Of a stretch of DNA of 64,000 bases, positions 39,122 through 53,175 are shown one piece after another. The notes under the pieces are model-generated. The model searched no databases and had not been told where the DNA came from. It worked only from the letters and a program-made list of their open reading frames with translations. The DNA comes from Eledone cirrhosa (Eukaryota): positions 63,054,001-63,118,000 of the forward strand of contig OZ024743.1 in the NCBI GenBank assembly GCA_964016885.1. Reading direction: 5' to 3'. A program made the position numbers and the translations under genes. Every line of letters begins with the position of its first letter. Within the stretch, counting starts at the first letter, position 1.

Positions 39122-41507
39122 ATATATATATATAAATCCACCCCCTCAACACTGGTATATATTGCAGGTACTAATTTCACCCTAATTTCTCCAAAGTTGA
39201 CCTCCCCAACCCTTCCAACAACATACCATTTTTGAATTGGCAATCTATAAATATTAAGAATTATCTTATCTACTTATTGTCTATTTACTTTCAACTACAC
39301 ATAATTCTTTGACTTGTTTTATTCATTTACTGATTTGCTGGGGCAACTCTCATTAAAGAAAAAATATGATAGCTGGCTAGGTCTGCAAATTCTGTGTGTA
39401 TCCAGGTTTTAATAGGTTCACTCTAGCCTTGTGTATTCTAAGAGACGACTTAAAGAGTTGGTATCAGGAAGGGTATCCAGCTGTAAAACTACCTCAGAAA
39501 GTACCCCATGATTAATATGAAATCTGTCATGGGACTCACATGCTTTAGCAGAGAAAATGGCCATAAAATACTTGCTCTATCCCTGTATGTTATAAGGGAC
39601 AACTAAAAAGGTTGGCACCAGGAAGAAAATCTGGCTGTAAAACATTGTTATCATTAACTACTCAAAATAAGTACTGGCTTTTTAAAAGGTAGATATATCT
39701 ATTTCTGAATACACCCAGAGTTGAAATTGTCTAGTATCAAGCTATGGTGTTTGTTGCCTTCTATAGACAGAGAAGGGACCACAGATTTTAGACATTAGAG
39801 AAATAAATTATAACGTTGATGCCTTTTCCAAACGAATTTAGGAAATGCAAATAAAGGGACAAGCAGGAAGCAGCAATCACATGGCATACATGGCTTATCA
39901 GAGGCTAACCTTTTACTACAACACACTACTATATGGAATGGACCTCCATCAGTTTTAACCATGAGTGTTCCAGTTGTTCAATCTATGGAACAACCTGCTC
40001 ATAAAATTAACATGTAAGTGGCTGGGCATTCCACAGATATGAGTACCCTTAAAATAATACATAGTGTGTGTGTGGGGGGGGGGATCAGTGTGACTGTGTG
40101 TGGCAAGGCTGGCCCTATGAATTACAAATACAGTCTTCCAAACTGTATCCAATTACTCAATTTCACTCACAAATGATGGGTCCTAAGATGTCAAGTAGTG
40201 TAATCAAACCTAGGACCTAATGATTGTGAAGCTAACTCCTTAATCATTTGGTCATGTTGCTTCCATATATATATATAGCAACTTGTAATTACATCCACTA
40301 GGAACTTAATGTGACCTCAGAACATCAAATGCTAATATGTAAACCTTATAACTTAACCTTTTTGATACAAACCTGTCCCTAATTCTTTGATAAAACTGTC
40401 TATTGTGAAGTGTTCATATCTACATTAACACCTTCAATTGTAATTTTATGTAAGAATTTTTTTATGTCCTTAATGCAAACTCAATGGAAAAGCTATTTTT
40501 TTAAAACACTCTAAATTCTTGATTATTTTCAAATTTAAACACATTTAATGCATTTCTTGAGAATTACGGTTATAAAATGGTTCATACCATTCTCACTAAG
40601 GATGTAGCTGTTATGCATACATTGTATGTTAGTGTGTATGTGCAGTATATGAGAATATGCTTTCATGTAGAAATAATTACTCAACACACCACTTGACATA
40701 GAAGGGTATAGAATCTGATGCATAGCAACTAAAACTTCAAATCCGTACTTAAAACTGTAATAAATTTTAGTACAAGCTCGAAATTATAGTTACCAGGCTG
40801 TGTGTTTATTATATAGACAATAAAAAGCAAACATTTTCAGAGTTGATCAAATTATTGTGTTCATTTTAAAGGGATTCTGAAAACCATTAGAATGTTATAA
40901 GTATTATTAATCCTTTTATTACCAATCCAGACAAAACCAGCTCTAGTTCTATGAAATGAAACCACCCATTCTAAAGGGTTTCTATTTAAATTAAAATATT
41001 CCAACATATGAGAATCTTACGTTAAGTTACTATCTTTGCAATGAAATAATTAATAATTTTAGTAAATCCCTTAAACTTCATCATTAAATTATTTTAATAC
41101 AAATCCAACTAAAACTAAAATAGAGTGTTGCTAAATGGTTAAATTATCTTTAAGTGGTTGCTATGGAACAAAGCCACTCATTTTAATGGATTCCTATATC
41201 AATTAAAATCTTCCAACATAATTTTATATAAGAAACATACACTAAGTTACTATCTTGGTAATGAAATAATTTATAACTTTAGTAAATTCTTCAAAAGTAT
41301 TAATTAATTGAAATAGAGTGTATTTTGTTAGAAATATGGTTACAAAAAAGTTAAAGTAATCAACAGCTTTGCTAAAGGATCAAGTTAAAATTAAGATGAT
41401 GAAATGTGTATGTGAGTGTGTGTAAAATTTAAAAAATCTGTTTGCTTCTATAACCTTCCAAACTTCCCTATTAGTTCTCTAGATAATGGGAGCACTTTAA
41501 GGGCCTG

Positions 41508-41509
<2 letters not shown>

Positions 41510-41578
<69 letters not shown>
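41510..41578. repeat. (GA)n microsatellite
   Basis: Direct reading. Pure (TA)n tracts also occur at 1114-1172 and 38695-38766. Confidence 0.95.
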
Positions 41579-41584
<6 letters not shown>

Positions 41585-42009
41585 TTTAGTATAGTCATAG
41601 ACATGCTCTTGACTTGGAATTAATTTGGCAGGTCATCAATACTGCAAATTAAAGTAGAGGGAAAAAAAAAAAAAAATCAGAAATTTCTTTGCAGTAGATG
41701 TGATTTTTAGAACAATTTTTTTTTTTAGCCTTTTAGCCTTATCTAAGGAATGGAAGTTGGATTTATAGCCATAGGATGGAAAATAGTCAAGGTGAATTAA
41801 GACATGTGCAGGAAGGAACAAGATAATTGATGGAGAGGGTGGGATGGGGTGGAAAGGAGGTTCAGCACCAGCCCTTTACTTTTCAGTAGCAGTGGTGGTA
41901 GTAGCAATAGTGATGGTAGTAGTAATAGCGATGGTAGTAAGTAAGGTTGCACAACTTCCTGTTGTCTTCGACATAAGCACCCCCTTGCCTAATGGTAGCT
42001 CCTGCCTAC

Positions 42010-42228
42010 CTGAAGGGTGGACTGCTCCTCCATTTTTTCCATTTTGGCAGTTGCAGCTGCCTGGGCCAGGATTTCGCGCACCTGATCAGCTTCATCCTTT
42101 GAGGACATCACGTTGATACGCTTGTTCTTTAAGTGGTGTGGCGTGTCCCGGCGGCGAAGTTTATTTTCTTTCTCAGGCTGCTCCTCAATTTCAGGGGGGA
42201 AAATGACACGCCTGCGATGGGGATCTAC
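42010..42228 (-). CDS. scrib: scribble exon (pre-PDZ1 conserved region), 73 codons
   Basis: Acceptor ttttgtacagcag|GTA, donor CTTCAG|gtaggc, phase 0-0. Translates VDPHRRRVIFPPEIEEQPEKENKLRRRDTPHHLKNKRINVMSSKDEADQVREILAQAAATAKMEKMEEQSTLQ. KLxRRDTPHHLKNKR is the motif I recognise from invertebrate Scribble. A tandem acceptor allows an alternative start at 42231. Confidence 0.9.
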
Positions 42229-43534
42229 CTGCTGTACAAAATAACAGAACAGTGAATACTAGCTCGACAGGTAGCTACCGGTGATCACGGCCCTCTTTAT
42301 GTACTATTGCCATTACACAGGATGACGACTAAGAAATTAGGATGCAATCTCCTAAAAGCGTAAAAGGAAGGATGATGATGATGATAATAAGAATAGTAAT
42401 AATGATGATAATAATAATAGATAGATAATCATTAATATTAATAATAATCATAATATTGATAATAATAGTAATAGTAATAATAATAATAATGGTAATAATA
42501 ATAAATAAATTTAGAACACCTGTCTTTTCTCAATTTGCTAGAAATTTGATTTCCAGTAGTTGGAATGATGTTCAAGAAGACAGAGGTAGCCATGTTGTAC
42601 TTAAAACAGAAGTCAGATGACTTCAATGTAACCAGGCAGTAAAAAGAATAGTTTGAATCAATAGGAAAACAATTCTGTTAATCTTTACAGCCTCTTTAAT
42701 GGATGTTCAGGCTCCCTGAAATAATTAGTCAATTAGAGGAATTTTGGATTCTGTAAGGTTTAAAAAAAAAAAGCAACTCAACTTTCCTATGAATTGATTT
42801 TAAAAATATATATATTCTTTAAAGTAATATCTGCAATAGGACCACTATCTGCCTGTACCCTGTACACTCAATCTTAGGTTAATCTGCATATTAAGATGTA
42901 AAAATAATTCCAAGGAAAGAATAGCGTATAAAACGAGATTTGAAATCAGGAAGAAAAATAACCTAACCTATTTTTTTCAAATATATAAACGAATGTAGTG
43001 AGTAATAATAATAATTCTTTTTAATATTGACACAAGGCCAGGTATTTGGGGGATGGGGAAAGTCAATTATACTGACCCCAGTATTTAACTGGTACTTTAT
43101 TTTATCGACCCCGGAGGAATGAAAGGCAAAGTTGACCTTGGCAGGATTGGAACTCAGAATGTGACAAGCCATAACTAAATGCTGCAAAGGATTTTCTCCA
43201 ATGCTCTAATGATATTGCTAAATCCACCACTCTAATAATGTTAATAATAATAATAAAACCTAGTTAAGAGAAATAATTCAAGTTTATAATTATTTCAAAT
43301 GCAAATGAAGACAATATCTAGAGAGAGAGAGAGAGAAAGAACCCCCTCATAAGAAAAAAAAAATCCTGTGATTAATAATAGAAAGTAATCCATTTAAAAC
43401 TACTCTGTGAAAAGAGTTACACTAAAGAAAATCTAGTGCAATATATAAGGGAGGACTATAGGTGTCTTGTTTGATTTGTTAAATGTTTTTTTTTTTTTTT
43501 TAAGAGATAGTTGGAGGTGCCACAAATTAAGATA

Positions 43535-43735
43535 TACCATATATAGTCATGTATAAGTCACACCTTTTCCCCACAAAAATATGGCATAAAAAACCAGCAT
43601 GCGACTTATCTACTGGATTGATAAAAAAACGTCAGTTCAAAATATTTCTAAATATTTAGTTCATTTTAACAGTTGAATATGAAATGGAGGTGTGATTTAT
43701 CTACTGGTGTGACTTACACACGGGTATATATGCTA
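43535..43735. mobile_element. Tc1/mariner-pogo-type MITE
   Basis: TA-CCATATATAGTCATGTATAAGTCACAC...GTGTGACTTACACACGGGTATATATGC-TA: imperfect ~27-bp TIRs with a TA TSD. Confidence 0.6.
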
Positions 43736-46700
43736 TATGTTAGTGCTTCATGCATTCAGCAATCAGTGTTATAACTGGGTTCTTCTGAAAGGAACACAAA
43801 GCACATTGCCCTTTGAAAAAAAAAAAAATGAAAAAAAAAAAAAAAAAGAGAGACAAACTGAAAAGGTCAAGAATATGATATAAAATGTGTGAGTGTGTGT
43901 ATGTACCAGATTGGTAACAAGAAAGACTTAACTCTTAATGTCCTGTGCAACATCTATCAACATTAACAAAACATTCTTGAAATATAGCATTATAAAATGT
44001 TTTATTTAAAAAAAAAAAAAAGGGGTCTAGTGTTTATTTGAACATGTAATATTTCTGATATTAACTTCAAATGGACAAAGAGAACTAAACTATTTCAGAC
44101 AGAATAACTATCAACTAGGAAAAATTTGGTGACAATTTTTTTCCTATAAAATATAAAAAAAACAAACAGAAAATAAAATACAAATAATTAAAAAAAATAA
44201 TAATTGAAATTTGAAATGTGTCTCAACACAAATGACCATATTAATAATCAATCACAATAAATAATAGTTGAGAAAATTGAGTAACGTACCCCTGGAGGTA
44301 GAACAAAGTGAACAGATGTGCCTGTCTACTTTTTTTTGTCTCCAGGTGTACTTTACTCAATTTTCTCAAATATTATTTATAGTGATTGATTATTATTATG
44401 GCCATTTGCATTGGGACACACACATGTCAAATTTCATATTTTTCCATAGCTCCTTAACTCAACTGCTTTGTTTACATAACTGAAATCTTTTTTGACAGGT
44501 TCTATTCTATGATGGGTGAGTGTGACAGACATGCTCAGGGAGGGAGGGTAGAGGGGAAGGTGCACTGACTAATCTTAAAGTGAAATGACCAATGCACTAG
44601 AACGATGATGGTGGTAACCCTTGACAAGGACAGAAAATAATAATAAAATAAAACAAAACAAAAATAAAATCAGTCCCAATGAGAAAATAAAATAAACAAC
44701 AACAACAAAACAAGTTCTCCACAAAGGTATACATGGTACTTACCCCAAAATATAAATATATCATAATACAAATTTAACACTAAAGGAAATTGATTTTATC
44801 AAATTAAATAAAAAAGTTATCTTATAAAATGATCTTTGATCCTTTTGATGCCAATCATTTCTGGTTCTATGAAACAAATCTACCTATTTTGAAGTGTTTC
44901 TATATGAATTAAAATCTTCCAGCATAATTTTATATAAAAACAATGTTAAGTTACTATCATAATTTTAATAAATCCCTTAAAATTCTTTATTAATCAATTG
45001 ATATAGAGTGTATATCATTAGAAATGTGGCCACAAAAAGGCTAAAGAGTTCCTATTTAAACTAAAACCTGACAATGTTATATAAGAACCATATGTTAAAT
45101 TACTATCTTAGCAATTAAATAATTCATATTTTTTGCAAATTCCTCAAACTTCTGAACCAAATGAAATAGAGTGTACTTCATTAGAAATATGGCCATGAAA
45201 TGGTTACGAAACAATTAATTAAATAAAAATAAGGAAGGTCATGGAATCTCCAAGAATTTCTAAAGCAAACAATATGATAAATACTATTTTCCATTGAGAT
45301 CTTTCCTTGTTGCTTGGTGCCTTTACTGTTCTTATGGACTTTCATCATCATCATCACCGTTTTACATCCGTTCTTCCATACTAGCATGGGTTAGACGAGT
45401 TGTCCTGTTGTGGGCAGTGTCCGGTCGGCTGACCTTGTCTTGCTCATACGGGAACTGATTCTGGCTTGATTTCTACAGCTGGATGCCCTTCCTAACACCA
45501 ACCTCATTTACAGTGAGTGCTGGGTGCATTTTTTCTGTGGCGCCTACACGTCCACTTTGCTGTGGGAGGGTGTGGGGGCATATTGTCTATATGCTTCAGC
45601 TTCGACTTGTACCCGTGGGGGGTCGGGTAACAATAGATATCAGTAATAGCTTCATACTATAATCAAATGTTGTAAGAGGTGCTAAAAGAGTTGACATCTA
45701 AAAGGGCATCCAGCTATAAAACTTTGCCTCAGAAATGACTCCATAATGAGTATGAAGCCTACAATAGAGCGCTGTAATGCTAGCCCCAGCTTTATCAGGG
45801 AAGGGGAGGAGAAATTGTTGTTGCTGTTAAATTGGAGTTTTAGGAATTCAGAGCCTAAAAACATATTTTAACCCTTTTCAGACCTGCTTGCTTGAAACTG
45901 CCCCTGGCCTCACAATACAAAGCTGTTTATTTATCTGAAAACATTCCATCATAATTTTATGTAAGTACATTTAGGTTATCCTTCAAACACCAGCTTAATA
46001 ACAAGTTAAATCCCTCCAAATTCTTCATTATTTTCAGAATGATTTGAAAATCACTGGGCAGTGTCTTTCATTAAAAATATGATAAAAGGGTTAAAATCTG
46101 TTTTTTGAATTCAGAAAGATCTCTGTATGATATCCATTATTAAAACATGTTCAAGACAGGAATAACATGGTAGAAGATTACTTCTTTAATACACTCCTTA
46201 CTTTGATTTGCATAAAACTGAATACATTAAATTTAGCAGTGGAAATATCTGGCGTCCTGAATCTCAATCACCTCCCTGCTTGTTATGACTGCAATAGAGA
46301 TGACCATCCACAAGAACGAGCTTAGCAAGTTGGAGTAGCTGTTTCAGTGCATCTTCCTTCTAACCATCCCACCCTACCCCCAGGGTAATACTTTTCCTTT
46401 TCTATCTACTGAGATCATGAGACAACATCTATCTGATGTTTTGAAAATGTTATGAGATGGTAAGTGCTTTCAAGGTTTTTTATATATATATATAGTTTAC
46501 CCTAGAATCATAAAATGATTCTGTAGATATTGGCAAACAACTGAAGATCAGAGGCTGCAGCTGGTGACCCTATCACAACATTAACAATATCTTTTATTTG
46601 CCTTATATGTGTAATCTATCTATGCAAAATATCTTTAAACTACAAAAGAAAACCACCATATGTGGCTATTTATATAAAAGATTCTGAATTATTATTTAAT

Positions 46701-46757
46701 AGGGATTAATTATTTCTCTTATAATAGATTTTTCAGATCATTATTTTGCTAAGAACT

Positions 46758-46938
46758 GGGCAGTGGATTGGCAGTATCGGTAGAGAGTTGAACACCAAGC
46801 ATAGAGTTATGGCCCTTGCCATTCTGAGTTCAAATCCCGGCGAGGTTAACTTTGCCTTTCATCCTTACGGGGGTCGATAAAATAAAGTACCAGTAATACA
46901 CTGGGATAATTGCTGGCCTTGTACCAAAAGTAGAAACA
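46758..46938 (+). mobile_element. SINE family 1 with 18-bp target-site duplication
   Basis: Same body as 8154-8346, flanked by the perfect direct repeat ATTATTTTGCTAAGAACT (46740-46757 and 46939-46956). Confidence 0.85.
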
Positions 46939-48217
46939 ATTATTTTGCTAAGAACTAAGTGTACTCTGTAAGATGGTTGATAATAGAAAGGGCCTCCAAT
47001 AGTAGAAATCATGCCAAAAAAGGGTTGAGAGGACTCTTCATTTGTGTCAAGAGCATGATAACCTTTCTAGCGTTTGTGACATGATAAACATCCAGTACAC
47101 ACTATAAAGTTATTTGTGAGAGGAGGGGGATCCAGTCATAGAAAACCTGCCCAACAAGGGGTTGGGAGGATGCTTCAGTTATGTTAAAGACGTGACAATC
47201 TTTCTAATGTTGGTGCCATCATAAAACACAGTCGGTGCATTCTGTAACATATATGAAGATGTACTCCTACCACTCCTGCTCATCTAAACAATCAGTAGCA
47301 CCCATCAATTACTGACTTGGCCTGTGACAACCTATCCAACCCATGCTTAGAAAGGAAAACGGATGTTAAATGATGATGATGATGGTGGTGATAAGTGATT
47401 CACACAGCCAAGCATAAATCATAAATAGGTTTTTCTCTAAATCATACAATGAAAACTAAAATTATATCTTCAGTGGAAAAAGAACTAGAGTTTATCAAAT
47501 GTGTAGAGCTACTAAAAAACTTGGTGAACGTTTTCAAAATTCTAATAATTTTTCCATACATTTTGAAACTGATATTTGGTAACTTTTCCTACTCTCATGG
47601 ACTATCACATGTTGCATAACATTATCTGATTATTACATGAGGAGTGACTGTAGTCATGAATAATTGAATGAAAATGTAGATTATTTACTATTGTCAATAA
47701 TTTAATCTTCTATGGAAACATTCAAGAAACTGTTATAAGATTCAAGAGTTATGACTTTTATTCATCAGAAATTTCTATATTTCTTTTAAGATTTGTTAGG
47801 ATTATTTAATTTGAAGGGATAAATAACACCTAGGTACTTCCTATGGAAAACAATAATGGTTTCAATGTGGGGAAAATGTAAACAAATAAACGCCATATGT
47901 AATAATACATATGATTACATACATTTAATATATTTTTTAACATAAATTTCTGAACTTTGATAGTTATTAATGTAACTTTTGATACAAATTTGCATGAGAC
48001 GGCCTCTGTTTCTATAATACAAAACTGTTGTATTTTGAAGTGTTTATCTTTATCTAAAAAAAAATAACTTCAATCATAATTTTATGTGAGAAATGTTACG
48101 TTATGCTCCAATCACCAGCTTAATAATGAGAAAGTTAATTATATTATTAAATCCTTTTAAATTTTTTAACTATTTTCAAAATGATTTGAAAACCATAGGC
48201 AGTATCTTTCATTATAA

Positions 48218-51200
48218 ATCATCATCATCAACGTCTATCTTCCATGCTAGCATGGGTTTAGACGGGTATTGTCCCACTTGAGGCAAGATTGGTTGTCTTG
48301 CTCGTATAGGACTGTCTGGCAGGTTTTCTATGGCTGGATGCCCTTCCTAACACCAACCACGTTTACAGTGTGGACTGGGAGGTTTTTACCTTGTTACCTA
48401 CACGGCCACATTACAGCGTGGATTGTGTATTTTTTTTTGTCGTGACACCTACACAACCTCATTTATTTAGGACTGGATGTTGTGGTACCAACATAACATT
48501 AGATGGGGGTGGAGGTAGGGGTAGTGGGATGGGGGTGTACTTTTGGTTAAGAGGTGCCTACTGACTGTAGGTTTCGTTTTGTACTTAGGCAAGGCGGGTC
48601 TTCTGTATTACTGTGTAGCGCCAAAGATCTCGGTCCAGTGACATTGTCTTGGAGAGGTGTAAGTCTGTAAGGTCGGAATTTATCAAATCGTCCCAGGTTT
48701 ATCTGGGTCTGCCTACTCCGTAGCTACCATCTATTTTGATTGCCCTACACTTTTTTATACAGCTGTCGTCTTTCATGCGCATCACGTGACCATACCAACG
48801 TAGTCTTCTCTCGAGTAAACAGCATCTGATCCCTCTTATTCCTAATTTCTCACTTAGTTCATTTATGCTTTTCCGTTCACGTATATTACTATTACACATC
48901 TAACGGAGCATGTAATCTGAGTAGATCCTCTGCACACAATGCCCATGTCTCACTGCCATGTAACATTGCTGTTCGTATGCAGGCATCATACAGTCTGCCT
49001 TTCATTTTTAGAGAGAAACCTTTAGCGGCCAATAGTGGTATAAGCTCTCTGAACTTTTTCCATCCCGTTCTGACACTAGCTACTGTACTTTCAGAGCACC
49101 CTCCACCACTTCTGATTTTGTCACCCAGGTAACGGAAGGTGTCCACTATTTCTATAGAACCATCTGGGCAATGGAAGGAGCTAGTATCCTGTGGGCACTT
49201 GCTACTACTTATTGCATCTGAGCATCGGCCACATATAAAATCTATGTTCTTAGTTAGCTTACCTGTGATCCCACTACATCTTTTATGCACCCATACTTTG
49301 CATTTGGGACATAAAATGGAATTTCTGCCTACTCCTTTCCTACACACTGAGCATGGGCATTTCCCAGAGGGGACCAGTGCCCTATTTTCCTTCCTACATA
49401 CTAGAACTTTAGTCTTAGACAAGTTAATTTTAAGGCCTTTTGATTCTAGGCCGTGCTTCTATGTTTGGAATTTCTTCTCTAGTTCAGCCATTGATTCGGC
49501 TATGAGCGTTAGATCATCTGCGTATAGGAGTTCCCATGGGCAGCCAGTCTTGAACTCCTCTGTTATAGCCTGAAGGGCAATAATAGGAGGGGGCTAAGGT
49601 CAGAGCCCTGATGAACAACTTTTACGCTAAACTCTTCACTATATTCGTTGTTAATTCTAACCTTGCAGACTGTTTCTTTATACACGGCATGTATAACTCT
49701 CACAAGCCATTCATCAACACCTAGTTTTCTGAGAGCCCACCAGATAATGGAGTGGGGGACTCTATCAAAGGCTTTTTCCAAGTCAACAAAAGCTAAGTAT
49801 AGGGGTTTATTTTTAGCTAGGTACTTCTCCTGTAGTTGTTGTACAAGGAAAAGAGCGTCTGTGGTACTTTTACCTGACACAAACCAAAGCTGCATTTCAT
49901 CTAGCTCAATTCGCTCTCTAATTAGTTGCGCTATTACTTTTTCTGTGACCTTCATGACCTGGTCAACTAACTTAATGCCTCTATAGTTTCCCCTATCTAG
50001 GGCATCTCCTTTACCCTTGTAGCAGTTAATGATGATGCTGCTACGCCAGTCCTTTGGTATGACCCCATTTTGTATGACTTGGTCTACTATCCAGGTGACC
50101 ATAGTGTGTCCCACCGTTCCAGATGCTTTCAGCATTTCAGCAACTATCTCCAAAGGCTCAGCCGCCTTGCCTGTCTTCATATCTTTGATTGCCTTACTTA
50201 TTATACTACCTTCAACTTGCATTGCTGGTCCCTCTATTGGATCGATGTGGGGCAGACTGTCTTTCTCCCATTTATTCTCATTTAGTAGCCTTTCGTAGTG
50301 ACACTTCCAAGCTACCTTCTTATCAGCGTCAGTGATTGCCAGTACACCATCATCATTAAGGACACACTTCTCCCCGACAATATCACGGTTTTCCTTGACA
50401 CATTGCTTACCAATCCTGAACACCTCACGTTGTAGAACATGCTTGATCTTTCCTCTGTTTCCCTTCTTGCGAAGTACACTTGTCTCCTAGCTTCCCTCCT
50501 GGCCACTTGATAGTCTTCTCTACTTCCCCCATCCCGCCATACTTTCCAAGCCTGCTTTTTGGCCTTGATTGACTCCTCTACCTTACTGTTCCACCACCAA
50601 GTTACTCTCCTCCTGCCTATAGGTCTGCTCCAGCCACCGATTTCATCTGTCACCTTCAGCAGGTTAGCTTTCAGGAATTCCCACTGTTCCTCTATATTGT
50701 ACGACTAATTGCTCTTCCTTACTGTCAAAAGCATCAAGTAATATGCTTTTAAATTTATTACTGGCTGTGGGGTCCTTTAACTTCCATATTCTTCTCCTTA
50801 GGGTAGTCCTCCTCTGTTGTCGAGTACATCTCGTCCTGACTATGAGGTCGCTAACTATGAGGCTATGTTGGGAGGTGCATTCTTCACGGGGGAGGGATTT
50901 AGTATTTACCAGAGACACTGTATCACGTCTTCTGGTAAGGATATAATCTATCTGACTGGCACGTTCCCCTGATCTATAGGTGATCAAATGATTGTCTCGT
51001 TTTTTGAAATTTGTATTCCAGGATTCTGGGGCCTTCCTCATTTCTAGTACCAAACCCATAGCCTCCATGGATTCCGTCATAGCCATCACAATATTGTCCG
51101 TGACCATTTAGATCGCCAGCAATAATTATGTCGATTATTTGGGAGGTAGTGAGCATTAGCAACTCATAGAATCTGTCTTTTATAACGCCAGGCAGTCCGG

Positions 51201-51932
51201 ATTGGGGTGCATACGCAGATATTATTGTCACAGTGGTTCTATTTAGGACAAGTTTTATTTTAATTATTCTGTCGTTTACTCTATTTACGTCTATTATCTT
51301 ATCTACCCATTTTTCTGCTAGCATGATTCCTACTCCACCCAACCCATTGTCATTTCGCACCCAGAAAAGTTTATAGCATCGTTTTTTACCCACAATGAAT
51401 CTAGCAGACCCACCCCCCACCTGGTCTCTTGAATACAGCAAACATCAACTTCCTTATGTTCAAGCATCTCTACAACCTTGTTAGAGCAACCTTTTAAGGT
51501 GCCTACATTCATGGTACCAACTCTGAAGTTTTGGATTGCGTTTGGTGGGTGGGAAGGATGGGGCGCAGGGAGGGGTGAGGGAGATGGGGTTATGTTAGCC
51601 ATCCGCGGCCGAAATAAAGAGGAGTCCTTGCATTCTTGTCCAGCAACATGAGGCGAATTTGTCTTTATCTTTGGCATTATCATTGAGTGTCCAGATTTTT
51701 CAGACTCTCCAGAATTTCATAGTCCATCTAGCATATCGAAAAGCAACCAGGTCTAAACTTAAGTGATAGCCGAGGCGGTGGTTTTGTGAAAGAGATTGGT
51801 AAGAGAAACATATTATAAGCCGCTGAATTATGATTGGACCAAATAATAATGGTGGCGAGTAGGGGCGGGAGGGAGGGGTCTGGGAGAGTTAGCGAGAAGG
51901 TTATTTTATAATATGATCCTAGAAATTCAGCC
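48218..51932 (-). mobile_element. Near full-length (~3.7 kb) degenerate RTE-A LINE inserted in a TTAA MITE
   Basis: AP-endonuclease motifs FRVGTMNVGTL, VDVCCIQETRW, GVGI, SAYAPQ, GDLNGH, SQIDYIL, then RT and finger across frameshifted ORFs. The host MITE starts near 47970 and its end (GAAAAGGGTTAA) resumes at about 51941-51958. Confidence 0.9.
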
Positions 51933-52003
51933 ATAATTAAATGAGAGAAAAGGGTTAAGCTAGAATCCCTACTGGGAAGGCCATAAAGAAAGTCTCAACT
52001 GTG

Positions 52004-52079
52004 AACTGTACAAGACTGAATGTACTGATGAAGTAAATATGTATATTTACTTCATCAGTACATTCAGTCTTGTGCAGTT
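52004..52079. repeat. Near-perfect palindrome, 37-bp arms, 2-nt centre
   Basis: aactgtacaagactgaatgtactgatgaagtaaatat-gt-atatttacttcatcagtacattcagtcttgtgcagtt; one mismatch (52009/52074). Confidence 0.9.
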
Positions 52080-52522
52080 TATTTATGCAAATATTTATGT
52101 TTTTTTTCATGCCAAGATCAGAGAGGAGTGTCCATCCTCATTCATTTTTTTTTTTTTTTTTAACCAAACTTACCTTATATGATCAAGATAACCAACCAAA
52201 ATTTAACTAAATTCTACAATTTCAATTAATGTCCAATTTCTGAACATCCCTGGTGCACCACCACCAAAGAATCATGCTAAATACCATGCAAACATTGAGC
52301 CTTATTATAAATTGTCATTTAACAGACAGAGCTATATAACTGAGAGAGACAAAGTGAGAGAAACATTAGAAAAACTATCCCAGCATTCAAAAGGGACAGA
52401 TGTTAGTAGAATAGAGTTGAAGTCGTGCTGCAAACAGTTAAGGGACTAATAAAGCCTAGATTGTACAACACCAAATAACAGCACTAAAGAGAAAAGACTT
52501 TGCAACAATGTCTCAGAGTTAA

Positions 52523-52741
52523 TTAACTCTTAGTATCCTGTACCACATGAAACCACATTAGCAAGACATTCTTGAAAAGTACAAAACAGCAATACGATTG
52601 CATCACATAAGATATTCAAGACTTTAATAATGCAAATTTTCATGATGATCTGTTTACTAGTAAAGATACTACAAACATTTAAATTAACAAACCCATTTTT
52701 AGATATTTCATGTGAAATTATTACAGGATGTTAAGAGTTAA
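52523..52741. mobile_element. TTAA MITE family 3
   Basis: TTAA-CTCTTAgtATCCTGTA...TACAGGATgtTAAGAG-TTAA. Tandem partial copies at about 13340-13785. Confidence 0.65.
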
Positions 52742-53137
52742 AAAAAAAACACAGAAAATATATACTACTGAAAAATAATTTTACTATATTTACAGAATAA
52801 ATATACCATTAATAATTATTATATAGAGGACAATAAAAGCCAAATTATATTACAATAACTGCCTTTTCATCTGTTGATCTAAAGAAACTCGAAATTGAAA
52901 CTACTTTGTATGAAGGAGGACAGTATGACTAGAGTTGCTTAAGATAGTATCAGATAAAATTCTTCACAGTAATCATTCCTCAACCAAAGTCTAAAACACT
53001 AATCTAAGGCATTTCTTTAAATACGATGTCATAATTTGACATTAGTTTTGAACATTTTTCAACATTTATTTTTATATATTTTATGATGATGACGATGACA
53101 ATAATGAGATGGTGATAAAAATTATAACAATAACAAC

Positions 53138-53175
<38 letters not shown>

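Noticed and set aside
42279-42370. Strong-looking minus-strand acceptor (ttccttttacgcttttag at ~42352) upstream of the DTPHH exon
   Set aside because: Stops occur in all three frames and there is no usable intron length before the next acceptor; no support as a coding exon.
42519-42600. 80-nt AG/GT-bounded open segment (YNMATSVFLNIIPTTG...)
   Set aside because: Weak donor (gtgttc), ends in phase 2 (incompatible with the phase-0 next exon) and has no Scribble-like content.
52168-52200. TAAG|GTAAGT possible recursive splice site on the minus strand
   Set aside because: The pyrimidine tract is poor and such motifs arise by chance in 64 kb.
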